Assembly (NCBI GenBank): GCA_964016885.1
Contig: OZ024750.1
Span: 41,602,001-41,666,000 of the forward strand
Direction: 5' to 3'
DNA from: Eledone cirrhosa
Taxonomy: Eukaryota
Length of the DNA stretch: 64,000 nt
In this document: piece after piece, positions 50,101 through 63,290 of the stretch
Numbering within the stretch: position 1 is the stretch's first letter
How the letters are laid out: every line of letters begins with the position of its first letter
Translations under genes and position numbers: made by a program
The notes under the pieces: generated by a model
What the model was told of the DNA's origin: nothing
The model's input: only the letters and a program-made list of their open reading frames with translations
Database searches by the model: none

Positions 50101-53100
50101 CAGTCTAGGTGGTATATGTCAGCTGTGGTAGGGAGTAACAGACTCTACACCCCAGTCTAGGTGGTATAACTCAGCTGGGAGTGACAGACTCTACACCCCA
50201 GTCTAAATGGTATATCTCAGCTGTGGTAGGCACTGAAAGACTCTACACCCCAGTCTAGGTGGTATATCTCAGTTGTGGTAGGGAGTGACAGATTCTACAC
50301 CACTGTCTAGAGGGTATATCTCAGCTGTGGTAGGGATTGGCAGACTCTACACCCCAGTCTAGATGGTATATCTCAGCTGTGGTAGGGAGTGACAGACTCT
50401 ACACCCCTGTCTAGGCGGTATATCTCAGCTGTGGTAGGGAGTGACAGACTCCACACCCCAGTCTAGCTGGTATATCTCAGCTGGGAGTCACAGACTCTAC
50501 ACCCCAGTCTAGAGGGTATATCTCAGCTGCGGTAAGGAGTGACAGACTCTACACCCCAGTCTAGGTGGTATATCTCAGCTGTGGTAGGGAGTGGCAGACT
50601 CTACACCCCAGTCTAGGTGGTATATCTCAGCTCTGATAGGGAGTGACAGACTCTACACCCCAGTCTAGGTGGTATATCTCAGCTGTGGCAGGGAGTGACA
50701 GACTCTACACCCCAGTCTAGGTGGTATATCTCAGCTGTGGTGGGGAGTGACAGACTCTACACCCCAGTCTAGGTGGTATATCTCAGCTGTGGTAGGGAGT
50801 GGCAGACTCTACACCCCAGTCTAGAGGGTATATCTCAGCTGTGGTGGGGAGTGACAGACTCTACACCCCAGTCCAGGTGGTATATCTCAGCTGTGGTAAG
50901 GAGTGACAGACTCTGCACCCCAGTCTAGGTGGTATATCTCAGCTGTGGTAGGGAATGACAGACTCTACAACCCAGTCTAGGTGGTATATCTCAGCTGTGG
51001 CAGGGAGTGACAGACTCTACACCCCAGTCTAGGTGGTATATCTCAGCTGGGAGTGACAGACTATACACCCCAGTCTAGATGGTATATCTCAGCTGTGGTA
51101 GGCACTGACAGGCTCTACACCCCAGTCTAGGTGGTATATCTCAGCTGTGGTAGGGAGTAACAGACTCTACACCCCAGTGTAGGTGGTATATCTCAGCTGT
51201 GGAAGGGAGTGGCAGACTCTACACCCCAGTCTAGGTGGTATATCTCAGCTGTGGTAGGGAGTGACAGACTCTACACCCCAGTCTAGAGGGTATATCTCAG
51301 CTGTGGTAGGGAGTGACAGACTCTACACCCCAGTCTAGGTGGTATATCTCAGTTGTGGTAGGGAGTGACAGATTCTACACCACAGTCTAGAGGGTATATC
51401 TCAGCTGTGGTAGGGAGTGGCAGACTCTACACCCCAGTCAAGGTGGTATATCTCAGCTGTGGTAGGGAGTGACAGACTCTACACCCCAGTCTAGGTGGTA
51501 TATCTCAGCTGTGGTAGGGATTGGCAGACACTACACCCCAGTCTAGAGGGTATATCTCAGCTGTGGTAAGGAGTGACAGACTCTACATCCCAGTCTAGGT
51601 GGTATATCTCAGCTGTGGTAGGGAGTGGCAGACTCTACACCCCAGTCAAGGTGGTATATCTCAGCTTTGGTAGGGAGTGACAGACTCTACACCCCAGTCT
51701 AGGTGGTATATCTCAGCTGTGGTAGGGAGTGACAGACTCTACACCTCAGTCTAGGTGGTATATCTCAGCTGTGGCAGGGAGTGACAGACTCTGCACCCCA
51801 GTCTAGGTGGTATATCTCAGCTGTGGTAGGAAGTGACAGACTCTACACCCCAGTCTTGGTGGTATATCTCAGCTGTGGTGGGGAGTGACAGACTCTACAC
51901 CCCAGTCTAGGTGGTATATCTCAGCTGTGGTAGGGAGAGGTAGACTCTACACCCCAGTCTAGGTGGCATATCTCAGCTGTGGTGGGGACTGACAGACTCT
52001 AAACCCCAGTCTAGCTGGTATATCTCAGCTGTGGTAGGGGGTGACAGACTCTACACCCCAGTCCAGGTGGTATATTTCAGCTGTGGTAAGGAGTGACAGA
52101 CTCTACACCCTGGTCTAGGTGGTATATCTCAGCTGTGGTAGGGATTGGCAGACACTACACCCCAGTCTAGAGGGTATATCTCAGCTGTGGTAAGGAGTGA
52201 CAGACTCTACATCCCAGTCTAGGTGGTATATCTCAGCTGTGGTAGGGAGTGGCAGACTCTACACCCCAGTCAAGGTGGTATATCTCAGCTTTGGTAGGGA
52301 GTGACAGACTCTACACCCCAGTCTAGGTGGTATATCTCAGCTGTGGTAGGGAGTGACAGACTCTACACCTCAGTCTAGGTGGTATATCTCAGCTGTGGCA
52401 GGGAGTGACAGACTCTGCACCCCAGTCTAGGTGGTATATCTCAGCTGTGGTAGGAAGTGACAGACTCTACACCCCAGTCTTGGTGGTATATCTCAGCTGT
52501 GGTGGGGAGTGACAGACTCTACACCCCAGTCTAGGTGGTATATCTCAGCTGTGGTAGGGAGAGGTAGACTCTACACCCCAGTCTAGGTGGCATATCTCAG
52601 CTGTGGTGGGGACTGACAGACTCTAAACCCCAGTCTAGCTGGTATATCTCAGCTGTGGTAGGGGGTGACAGACTCTACACCCCAGTCCAGGTGGTATATT
52701 TCAGCTGTGGTAAGGAGTGACAGACTCTACACCCTGGTCTAGGTGGTATATCTCAGCTGTGGTGGGGAGTGACAGACTCTACACCCCAGTCTAGGTGGTA
52801 TAACTCAGCTGGGAGTGACAGACTCTACACCCCAGTCTAAATGGTATATCTCAGCTGTGGTAGGCACTGAAAGACTCTACACCCCAGTCTAGGTGGTATA
52901 TGTCAGCTGTGGTAGGGAGTAACAGACTCTACACCCCAGTCTAGGTGGTATAACTCAGCTGGGAGTGACAGACTCTACACCCCAGTCTAAATGGTATATC
53001 TCAGCTGTGGTAGGCACTGAAAGACTCTACATCCCAGTCTAGGTGGTATATCTCAGTTGTGGTAGGGAGTGACAGATTCTACACCACTGTCTAGAGGGTA

Positions 53101-56100
53101 TATCTCAGCTGTGGTAGGGATTGGCAGACTCTACACCCCAGTCTAGATGGTATATCTCAGCTGTGGTAGGGAGTGACAGACTCTACACCCCTGTCTAGGC
53201 GGTATATCTCAGCTGTGGTAGGGAGTGACAGACTCCACACCCCAGTCTAGCTGGTATATCTCAGCTGGGAGTCACAGACTCTACACCCCAGTCTAGAGGG
53301 TATATCTCAGCTGCGGTAAGGAGTGACAGACTCTACACCCCAGTCTAGGTGGTATATCTCAGCTGTGGTAGGGAGTGGCAGACTCTACACCCCAGTCTAG
53401 GTGGTATATCTCAGCTCTGATAGGGAGTGACAGACTCTACACCCCAGTCTAGGTGGTATATCTCAGCTGTGGCAGGGAGTGACAGACTCTACACCCCAGT
53501 CTAGGTGGTATATCTCAGCTGTGGTGGGGAGTGACAGACTCTACACCCCAGTCTAGGTGGTATATCTCAGCTGTGGTAGGGAGTGGCAGACTCTACACCC
53601 CAGTCTAGAGGGTATATCTCAGCTGTGGTGGGGAGTGACAGACTCTACACCCCAGTCCAGGTGGTATATCTCAGCTGTGGTAAGGAGTGACAGACTCTGC
53701 ACCCCAGTCTAGGTGGTATATCTCAGCTGTGGTAGGGAATGACAGACTCTACAACCCAGTCTAGGTGGTATATCTCAGCTGTGGCAGGGAGTGACAGACT
53801 CTACACCCCAGTCTAGGTGGTATATCTCAGCTGGGAGTGACAGACTATACACCCCAGTCTAGATGGTATATCTCAGCTGTGGTAGGCACTGACAGGCTCT
53901 ACACCCCAGTCTAGGTGGTATATCTCAGCTGTGGTAGGGAGTAACAGACTCTACACCCCAGTGTAGGTGGTATATCTCAGCTGTGGAAGGGAGTGGCAGA
54001 CTCTACACCCCAGTCTAGGTGGTATATCTCAGCTGTGGTAGGGAGTGACAGACTCTACACCCCAGTCTAGAGGGTATATCTCAGCTGTGGTAGGGAGTGA
54101 CAGACTCTACACCCCAGTCTAGGTGGTATATCTCAGTTGTGGTAGGGAGTGACAGATTCTACACCACAGTCTAGAGGGTATATCTCAGCTGTGGTAGGGA
54201 GTGGCAGACTCTACACCCCAGTCAAGGTGGTATATCTCAGCTGTGGTAGGGAGTGACAGACTCTACACCCCAGTCTAGGTGGTATATCTCAGCTGTGGTA
54301 GGGATTGGCAGACACTACACCCCAGTCTAGAGGGTATATCTCAGCTGTGGTAAGGAGTGACAGACTCTACATCCCAGTCTAGGTGGTATATCTCAGCTGT
54401 GGTAGGGAGTGGCAGACTCTACACCCCAGTCAAGGTGGTATATCTCAGCTTTGGTAGGGAGTGACAGACTCTACACCCCAGTCTAGGTGGTATATCTCAG
54501 CTGTGGTAGGGAGTGACAGACTCTACACCTCAGTCTAGGTGGTATATCTCAGCTGTGGCAGGGAGTGACAGACTCTGCACCCCAGTCTAGGTGGTATATC
54601 TCAGCTGTGGTAGGAAGTGACAGACTCTACACCCCAGTCTTGGTGGTATATCTCAGCTGTGGTGGGGAGTGACAGACTCTACACCCCAGTCTAGGTGGTA
54701 TATCTCAGCTGTGGTAGGGAGAGGTAGACTCTACACCCCAGTCTAGGTGGCATATCTCAGCTGTGGTGGGGACTGACAGACTCTAAACCCCAGTCTAGCT
54801 GGTATATCTCAGCTGTGGTAGGGAGTGACAGACTCTACACCCCAGTCCAGGTGGTATATTTCAGCTGTGGTAAGGAGTGACAGACTCTACACCCTGGTCT
54901 AGGTGGTATATCTCAGCTGTGGTGGGGAGTGACAGACTCTACACCCCAGTCTAGGTGGTATAACTCAGCTGGGAGTGACAGACTCTACACCCCAGTCTAA
55001 ATGGTATATCTCAGCTGTGGTAGGCACTGAAAGAGTCTACACCCCAGTCTAGGTGGTATATGTCAGCTGTGGTAGGGAGTAACAGACTCTACACCCCAGG
55101 CTAGGTGGTATAACTCAGCTGGGAGTGACAGACTCTACACCCCAGTCTAAATGGTATATCTCAGCTGTGGTAGGCACTGAAAGATTCTACACCCCAGTCT
55201 AGGTGGTATATCTCAGTTGTGGTAGGGAGTGACAGATTCTACACCACTGTCTAGAGGGTATATCTCAGCTGTGGTAGGGATTGGCAGACTCTACACCCCA
55301 GTCTAGATGGTATATCTCAGCTGTGGTAGGGAGTGACAGACTCTACACCCCTGTCTAGGCGGTATATCTCAGCTGTGGTAGGGAGTGACAGACTCCACAC
55401 CCCAGTCTAGCTGGTATATCTCAGCTGGGAGTCACAGACTCTACACCCCAGTCTAGAGGGTATATCTCAGCTGCGGTAAGGAGTGACAGACTCTACACCC
55501 CAGTCTAGGTGGTATATCTCAGCTGTGGTAGGGAGTGGCAGACTCTACACCCCAGTCTAGGTGGTATATCTCAGCTCTGATAGGGAGTGACAGACTCTAC
55601 ACCCCAGTCTAGGTGGTATATCTCAGCTGTGGCAGGGAGTGACAGACTCTACACCCCAGTCTAGGTGGTATATCTCAGCTGTGGTGGGGAGTGACAGACT
55701 CTACACCCCAGTCTAGGTGGTATATCTCAGCTGTGGTAGGGAGTGGCAGACTCTACACCCCAGTCTAGAGGGTATATCTCAGCTGTGGTGGGGAGTGACA
55801 GACTCTACACCCCAGTCCAGGTGGTATATCTCAGCTGTGGTAAGGAGTGACAGACTCTGCACCCCAGTCTAGGTGGTATATCTCAGCTGTGGTAGGGAAT
55901 GACAGACTCTACAACCCAGTCTAGGTGGTATATCTCAGCTGTGGCAGGGAGTGACAGACTCTACACCCCAGTCTAGGTGGTATATCTCAGCTGGGAGTGA
56001 CAGACTATACACCCCAGTCTAGATGGTATATCTCAGCTGTGGTAGGCACTGACAGGCTCTACACCCCAGTCTAGGTGGTATATCTCAGCTGTGGTAGGGA

Positions 56101-56700
56101 GTAACAGACTCTACACCCCAGTGTAGGTGGTATATCTCAGCTGTGGAAGGGAGTGGCAGACTCTACACCCCAGTCTAGGTGGTATATCTCAGCTGTGGTA
56201 GGGAGTGACAGACTCTACACCCCAGTCTAGAGGGTATATCTCAGCTGTGGTAGGGAGTGACAGACTCTACACCCCAGTCTAGGTGGTATATCTCAGTTGT
56301 GGTAGGGAGTGACAGATTCTACACCACAGTCTAGAGGGTATATCTCAGCTGTGGTAGGGAGTGGCAGACTCTACACCCCAGTCTAGGTGGTATATCTCAG
56401 CTGTGGTAGGGAGTGACAGACTCTACACCCCAGTCTAGGTGGTATATCTCAGCTGTGGTAGGGATTGGCAGACACTACACCCCAGTCTAGAGGGTATATC
56501 TCAGCTGTGGTAAGGAGTGACAGACTCTACATCCCAGTCTAGGTGGTATATCTCAGCTGTGGTAGGGAGTGGCAGACTCTACACCCCAGTCAAGGTGGTA
56601 TATCTCAGCTTTGGTAGGGAGTGACAGACTCTACACCCCAGTCTAGGTGGTATATCTCAGCTGTGGTAGGGAGTGACAGACTCTACACCCCAGTCTAGGT
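44170..56700. repeat. 2160-bp, 42-monomer (38x52 + 4x46) higher-order repeat, about 5 copies in an interrupted series
   Basis: TGGTCTAGG (from CCCTGG) at 44505, 46665, 49951, 52111, 52735 and 54895, and GAGGTAGAC at 44331, 46491, 52561 and 54721, give repeated 2160 spacings. Four 46-bp monomers were counted per unit. Confidence 0.93.
51500..52750. repeat. Tandem duplication of 624 bp (12x52)
   Basis: TTGGCAGACAC at 51521/52145, GAGGTAG at 51937/52561, and the private GTGGTAGGGGGTGAC at 52031/52655. Confidence 0.92.
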
Positions 56701-57369
56701 GGTACATCTCAGCTGTGGTAGGGAGTGACAGACTCTACACCCCGGTCTAGGTGGTATATCTCAGCTGTGGTAGGGATTGGCAGACACTACACCCCAGTCT
56801 AGAGGGTATATCTCAGCTGTGGTAAGGAGTGACAGACTCTACACCCCAGTCTAGGTGGTATATCTCAGCTGTGGTAGGGAGTGGCAGACTCTACACCCCA
56901 GTCAAGGTGGTATATCTCAGCTTTGGTAGGGAGTGACAGACTCTACACCCCAGTCTAGGTGGTATATCTCAGCTGTGGTAGGGAGTGACAGACTCTACAC
57001 CCCAGTCTAGGTGGTACATCTCAGCTGTGGTAGGGAGTGACAGACTCTACACCCCAGTCTAGGTGGTATATCTCAGCTGTGGTAGGGAGTGACAGACTCT
57101 ACACCCCAGTCTAGGTGGTATATCTCAGCTGGGAGTGACAGACTCTACACCCCAGTCTAGGTGGTATATCTCAGCTGTGGCAGGGAGTGACAGACTCTAC
57201 ACCCCAGTCTAGGTGGTATATCTCAGCTGTGGTAGGGAGTGGCAGACTCTACACCCCAGTCTAGGTGGTATATCTCAGCTGTGGTGGGGAGTGACAGACT
57301 CTACACCCCAGTCTAGGTGGTATATCTCAGCTGTGGTGGGGACTGACAGACTCTACACCCCAGTCCAGG

Positions 57370-60300
57370 TGGTATATCTCAGCTGTGGTAAGGAGTGACA
57401 GACTCTGCACCCCAGTCTAGGTGGTATATCTCAGCTGTGGTAGGGAGTGACAGACTTTACACCCCAGTCTAGGTGGTATATCTCAGCTGTGGCAGGGAGT
57501 GACAGACTCTACACCCCAGTCTAGGTGGTATATCTCAGCTGGGAGTGACAGACTCTACACCCCAGTCTAGAGGGTATATCTCAGCTGTGGTGGGGAGTGA
57601 CAGACTCTACACCCCAGTCTAGGTGGTATGCCTCATCTGTGGCAGGGAATGACAGACTCTACACCCCAATCTAGATGGTATATCTCAGCTGTGGTAGGCA
57701 CTGACAGGCTCTACACCCCACTCTAGGTGGTATATCTCAGCTGGGAGTGACAGACTCTACACCCCAGTCTAGGTGGTATATCTACACTGTGGTAGGGAGT
57801 GACAGACTCTACACCCCAGTCTAGGTGGTATATCTCAGCTGTGGTAGGGAGTAACACACTCTACACCCCAGTGTAGGTGGTATATCTCAGCTGTGGTAGG
57901 GAGTGGCAGAATCTACACCCCAGTCTAGGTGGTATATCTCAGCTGTGGTAGGGAGTGACAGACTCTACACCCCAGTCTAGAGGGTATATCTCAGCTGTGG
58001 TAGGGAGTGACAGACTCTACACCCCAGTCTAGGTGGTATATCTCAGCTGTGGTAGGGAGTGACAGATTCTACACCAAAGTCTAGGTGGTATATCTCAGCT
58101 GTGGTAGGGAGTGACAGGCTCTACACCCCAGTCTAGGTGGTTTATCTCAGCTGTGGTAGGGAGTAACAGACTCTACACCCCAGTGTAGGTGGTATATCTC
58201 AGCTGTGGTAGGGAGTGGCAGACTCTACACCCCAGTCTAGGTGGTATATCTCAGCTGTGGCAGGGAGTGACAGACTCTACACCCCAGTCTAGGTGGTATA
58301 TCTCAGCTGGGAGTGACGACTCTTCACCCCAGTCTAGGTGGTATATCTCAGCTGTGGCAGGGAGTGACAGACTCTACACCCCAGTCTAGGTGGTATATCT
58401 CAGCTGTGGCAGGGAGTGACAGACTCTACACCCCAGTCTAGGTGGTATATCTCAGCTGTGGTGGGTGAGTGACAGACTCTACACCCCAGTCTAGGTGGTA
58501 TATCTCAGCTGTGGCAGGGAGTGACAGACTCTACACCCCAGTCTAGGTGGTATATCTCAGCTGTGGTAGGGAGTGATAGACTCTACACCCCAGTCTAGGT
58601 GGTATATCTCAGCTGTGGCAGGGAGTGACAGACTATACACCCCAGTCTAGGTGGTATATCTCAGCTGTGGTGGGGAGTGACAGACTCTACACCCCAGTCT
58701 AGGTGGTATATCTCAGCTGTGGCAGGGAGTGACAGATTTTACACCGCAGTCTAGGTGGTATATCTCAGCTGGGAGTGACGACTCTGCACCCCAGTCTAGG
58801 TGGTATATCTCAGCTGTGGCAGGGAGTGACAGATTCTACACCGCAGTCTAGGTGGTATATCTCAGCTGGGAGTGATGACTCTGCACCCCAGTCTAGGTGG
58901 TATATCTCAGCTGTGGCAGGAAGTGACAGACTCTACACCCCAGTCTAGGTGGTATATCTCAGCTGTGGAGGGGACTGACAGACTCTACACCCCAGTCTAG
59001 GTGGTATATCTCAGCTGGGAATGACAGACTCTACACCCCAGTCTAGGTGGTATATCTCAGCTGTGGCAGGGAGTGACAGACTCTACACCCCAGTCTAGGT
59101 GGTATATCTCAGCTGTGGTAGGGAGTGATAGACTCTACACCCCAGTCTAGGTGGTATATCTCAGCTGTGGCAGGGAGTGACAGACTATACACCCCAGTCT
59201 AGGTGGTATATCTCAGCTGTGGTGGGGAGTGTCAGACTCTACACCCCAGTCTAGGTGGTATATCTCAGCTGTGGCAGGGAGTGACAGATTCTACACCGCA
59301 GTCTAGGTGGTATATCTCAGCTGGGAGTGACGACTCTGCACCCCAGTCTAGGTGGTATATCTCAGCTGTGGCAGGGAGTGACAGATTCTACACCGCAGTC
59401 TAGGTGGTATATCTCAGCTGGGAGTGACGACTCTGCACCCCAGTCTAGGTGGTATATCTCAGCTGTGGCAGGGAGTGACAGACTCTACACCCCAGTCTAG
59501 GTGGTATATCTCAGCTGTGGAGGGGACTGACAGACTCTACACCCCAGTCTAGGTGGTATATCTCAGCTGGGAATGACAGACTCTACACCCCAGTCTAGGT
59601 GGTATATCTCAGCTGTGGCAGGGAGTGACAGACTCTACACCCCAGTCTAGGTGGTATATCTCAGCTGTGGAGGGGACTGACAGACTCTACACCCCAGTCT
59701 AGGTGGTATATCTCAGTTGTGGTAGGGAGTGACAGACTCTACACCCTAGTCCAGGTGGTATATCTCCACTGTGGTAGGGAGTGACAGACTCTACACCCCA
59801 GTCCAGGTGGAATATCTCCACTGTGGTAGGGAGTGACAGACTCTACACCCCAGTCTAGGTGGTATATCTCAGCTGTGGTAGGGAGTAACAGACTCTACAC
59901 CCCAGTCTAGAGGGTATATCTCAGATGTGGTAGGGAGTGACAGACTCTACACTCCAGTCTAGGTGGTATATCTCAGCTGTGGTAGGGAGTGACAGACTCT
60001 ACACCCCAGTCTAGTTGGTATATCTCAGTTGTGGTAGGGAGTGACAGATTCTACACCACAGTCTAGAGGGTATATCTCAGCTGTGGTAGGGAGTGGCAGA
60101 CTCTACACCCCAGTCTAGGTGGTATATCTCAGCTGTGGTAGGGAGTGACAGACTCTACACCCCAGTCTAGGTGGTATATCTCAGCTGTGGTATGGAGTGA
60201 CAGACTCCACACCCCAGTCTAGGTGGTATATCTCAGCTGGGAGTGACAGACTCTACACCCCAGTCTAGAGGGTATATCTCAGCTGTGGTAAGGCGTGACA

Positions 60301-63290
60301 GACTCTACACCCCAGTCTAGGTGGTATATCTCAGCTGTGGTAGGGAGTGGCAGACTCTACACCCCAGTCAAGGTGGTATATCTCAGCTGTGGTAGGGAGT
60401 GACAGACTCTACACCCCAGCCTAGGTGATATACCTCAGCTGTGGTAGAGAGTGACAGACTACACACCCCAGTCTAGGTGGTATATCTCAGCTGTGGTAGG
60501 GAGTGACAGACTCTACACCCCAGTCTAGGTGGTATATCTCAGCTGTGGCAGGGAGTGACAGACTCTGCACCCCAGTCTAGGTGGTATATCTCAGCTGTGG
60601 TAGGAAGTGACAGACTCTACACCCCAGTCTAGGTGGTATATCTCAGCTGTGGTAGGGAGTGACAGACTCTACACCCCAGTCTTGGTGGTATATCTCAGCT
60701 GTGGTGGGGAGTGACAGACTCTACACCCCAGTCTAGGTGGTATATCTCAGCTGTGGTAGGGAGAGGTAGACTCTACACCCCAGTCTAGGTGGCATATCTC
60801 AGCTGTGGTGGGGACTGACAGACTCTAAACCCCAGTCTAGCTGGTATATCTCAGCTGTGGTAGGGAGTGACAGACTCTACACCCCAGTCCAGGTGGTATA
60901 TTTCAGCTGTGGTAAGGAGTGACAGACTCTACACCCTGGTCTAGGTGGTATATCTCAGCTGTGGTGTGGAGTGACAGACTCTACACCCCACTCTAGGTGG
61001 TATAACTCAGCTGGGAGTGACAGACTCTACACCCCAGTCTAAATGGTATATCTCAGCTGTGGTAGGCACTGAAAGACTCTACACCCCAGTCTAGGTGGTA
61101 TATGTCAGCTGTGGTAGGGAGTAACAGACTCTACACCCCAGTCTAGGTGGTATAACTCAGCTGGGAGTGACAGACTCTACACCCCAGTCTAAATGGTATA
61201 TCTCAGCTGTGGTAGGCACTGAAAGACTCTACACCCCAGTCTAGGTGGTATATCTCAGTTGTGGTAGGGAGTGACAGATTCTACACCACTGTCTAGAGGG
61301 TATATCTCAGCTGTGGTAGGGATTTGCAGACTCTACACCCCAGTCTAGATGGTATATCTCAGCTGTGGTAGGGAGTGACAGACTCTACACCCCTGTCTAG
61401 GCGGTATATCTCAGCTGTGGTAGGGAGTGACAGACTCCACACCCCAGTCTAGCTGGTATATCTCAGCTGGGAGTCACAGACTCTACACCCCAGTCTAGAG
61501 GGTATATCTCAGCTGCGGTAAGGAGTGACAGACTCTACACCCCAGTCCAGGTGGTATATCTCAGCTGTGGTAAGGAGTGACCGACTCTGCACCCCAGTCT
61601 AGGTGGTATATCTCAGCTGTGGTAGGGAGTGACAGACTCTACACCCCAGTCTAGGTGGTATATTTCAGCTGTGGCAGGGAGTGACAGACTCTACACCCCA
61701 GTCTAGGTGGTATATCTCAGCTGGGAGTGACAGACTCTACACCCCAGTCTACAGGGTATATCTCAGCTGTGGTGGGGAGTGACAGACTCCACACCCCAGT
61801 CTAGGTGGTATGCCTCATCTGTGGCAGGGAATGACAGACTCTACACCCCAGTCTAGATGGTATATCTCAGCTGTGGTAGGCACTGACAGGCTCTACACCC
61901 CACTCTAGGTGGTATATCTCAGCTGGGAGTGACAGACTCTACACCCCAGTCTAGGTGGTATATCTACACTGTGGTAGGGAGTGACAGACTCTACACCCCA
62001 GTCTAGGTGGTATATCTCAGCTGTGGTAGGGAGTAACACACTCTACACCCCAGTGTAGGTGGTATATCTCAGCTGTGGTAGGGAGTGGCAGAATCTACAC
62101 CCCAGTCTAGGTGGTATATCTCAGCTGTGGTAGGGAGTGACAGACTCTACACCCCAGTCTAGAGGGTATATCTCAGCTGTGGTAGGGAGTGACAGACTCT
62201 ACACCCCAGTCTAGGTGGTATATCTCAGCTGTGGTAGGGAGTGACAGATTCTACACCAAAGTCTAGGTGGTATATCTCAGCTGTGGTAGGGAGTGACAGG
62301 CTCTACACCCCAGTCTAGGTGGTTTATCTCAGCTGTGGTAGGGAGTAACAGACTCTACACCCCAGTGTAGGTGGTATATCTCAGCTGTGGTAGGGATTGG
62401 CAGACTCTACACCCCAGTCTAGGTGGTATATCTCAGCTGTGGCAGGGAGTGACAGACTCTACACCCCAGTCTAGGTGGTATATCTCAGCTGGGAGTGACG
62501 ACTCTTCACCCCAGTCTAGGTGGTATATCTCAGCTGTGGCAGGGAGTGACAGACTCTACACCCCAGTCTAGGTGGTATATCTCAGCTGTGGCAGGGAGTG
62601 ACAGACTCTACACCCCAGTCTAGGTGGTATATCTCAGCTGTGGTGGGTGAGTGACAGACTCTACACCCCAGTCTAGGTGGTATATCTCAGCTGTGGCAGG
62701 GAGTGACAGACTCTACACCCCAGTCTAGGTGGTATATCTCAGCTGTGGTAGGGAGTGATAGACTCTACACCCCAGTCTAGGTGGTATATCTCAGCTGTGG
62801 CAGGGAGTGACAGACTATACACCCCAGTGTAGGTGGTATATCTCAGCTGTGGTGGGGAGTGACAGACTCTACACCCCAGTCTAGGTGGTATATCTCAGCT
62901 GTGGCAGGGAGTGACAGATTTTACACCGCAGTCTAGGTGGTATATCTCAGCTGGGAGTGACGACTCTGCACCCCAGTCTAGGTGGTATATCTCAGCTGTG
63001 GCAGGGAGTGACAGATTCTACACCGCAGTCTAGGTGGTATATCTCAGCTGGGAGTGATGACTCTGCACCCCAGTCTAGGTGGTATATCTCAGCTGTGGCA
63101 GGAAGTGACAGACTCTACACCCCAGTCTAGGTGGTATATCTCAGCTGTGGAGGGGACTGACAGACTCTACACCCCAGTCTAGGTGGTATATCTCAGCTGG
63201 GAATGACAGACTCTACACCCCAGTCTAGGTGGTATATCTCAGCTGTGGCAGGGAGTGACAGACTCTACACCCCAGTCTAGGTGGTATATC
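57370..63290. repeat. About 1.7-kb block repeated at offset 4182 bp (about 57370-59100 and 61550-63290); a related copy lies at about 41600-43300
   Basis: The 53-bp insertion variant GTGGGTGAG is at 42685, 58461 and 62643. GTGATGAC is at 58872/63054. ORF starts are 42413/58189/62371. Confidence 0.9.
58500..59650. repeat. Tandem duplication of 552 bp (8x52 + 2x45 + 1x46)
   Basis: GTGATAG at 58573/59125. In both copies it is followed by two CCGCAG + 45-bp monomer pairs, GGAGGGGAC and GGGAATGAC. Confidence 0.87.

Larger units (their letters stand above)
44170..58158. repeat. About 5.75-kb block repeated at offset 8230 bp (44170-49928 and 52400-58158)
   Basis: The private variants ACACCCCAGG (46861/55091), CCCGGTCT (48511/56741) and GACTTT (49223/57453), and ORF starts 48983/57213, are all +8230. 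Confidence 0.93.

Noticed and set aside
1388-62571. The 16 short ORFs in the supplied track (MVYLSCGREWQTLHPS...)
   Set aside because: They are translations of 3-4 monomers with GTG starts. The 52-bp unit is not a multiple of 3 and has stops in all + frames. They recur only because the blocks are duplicated.
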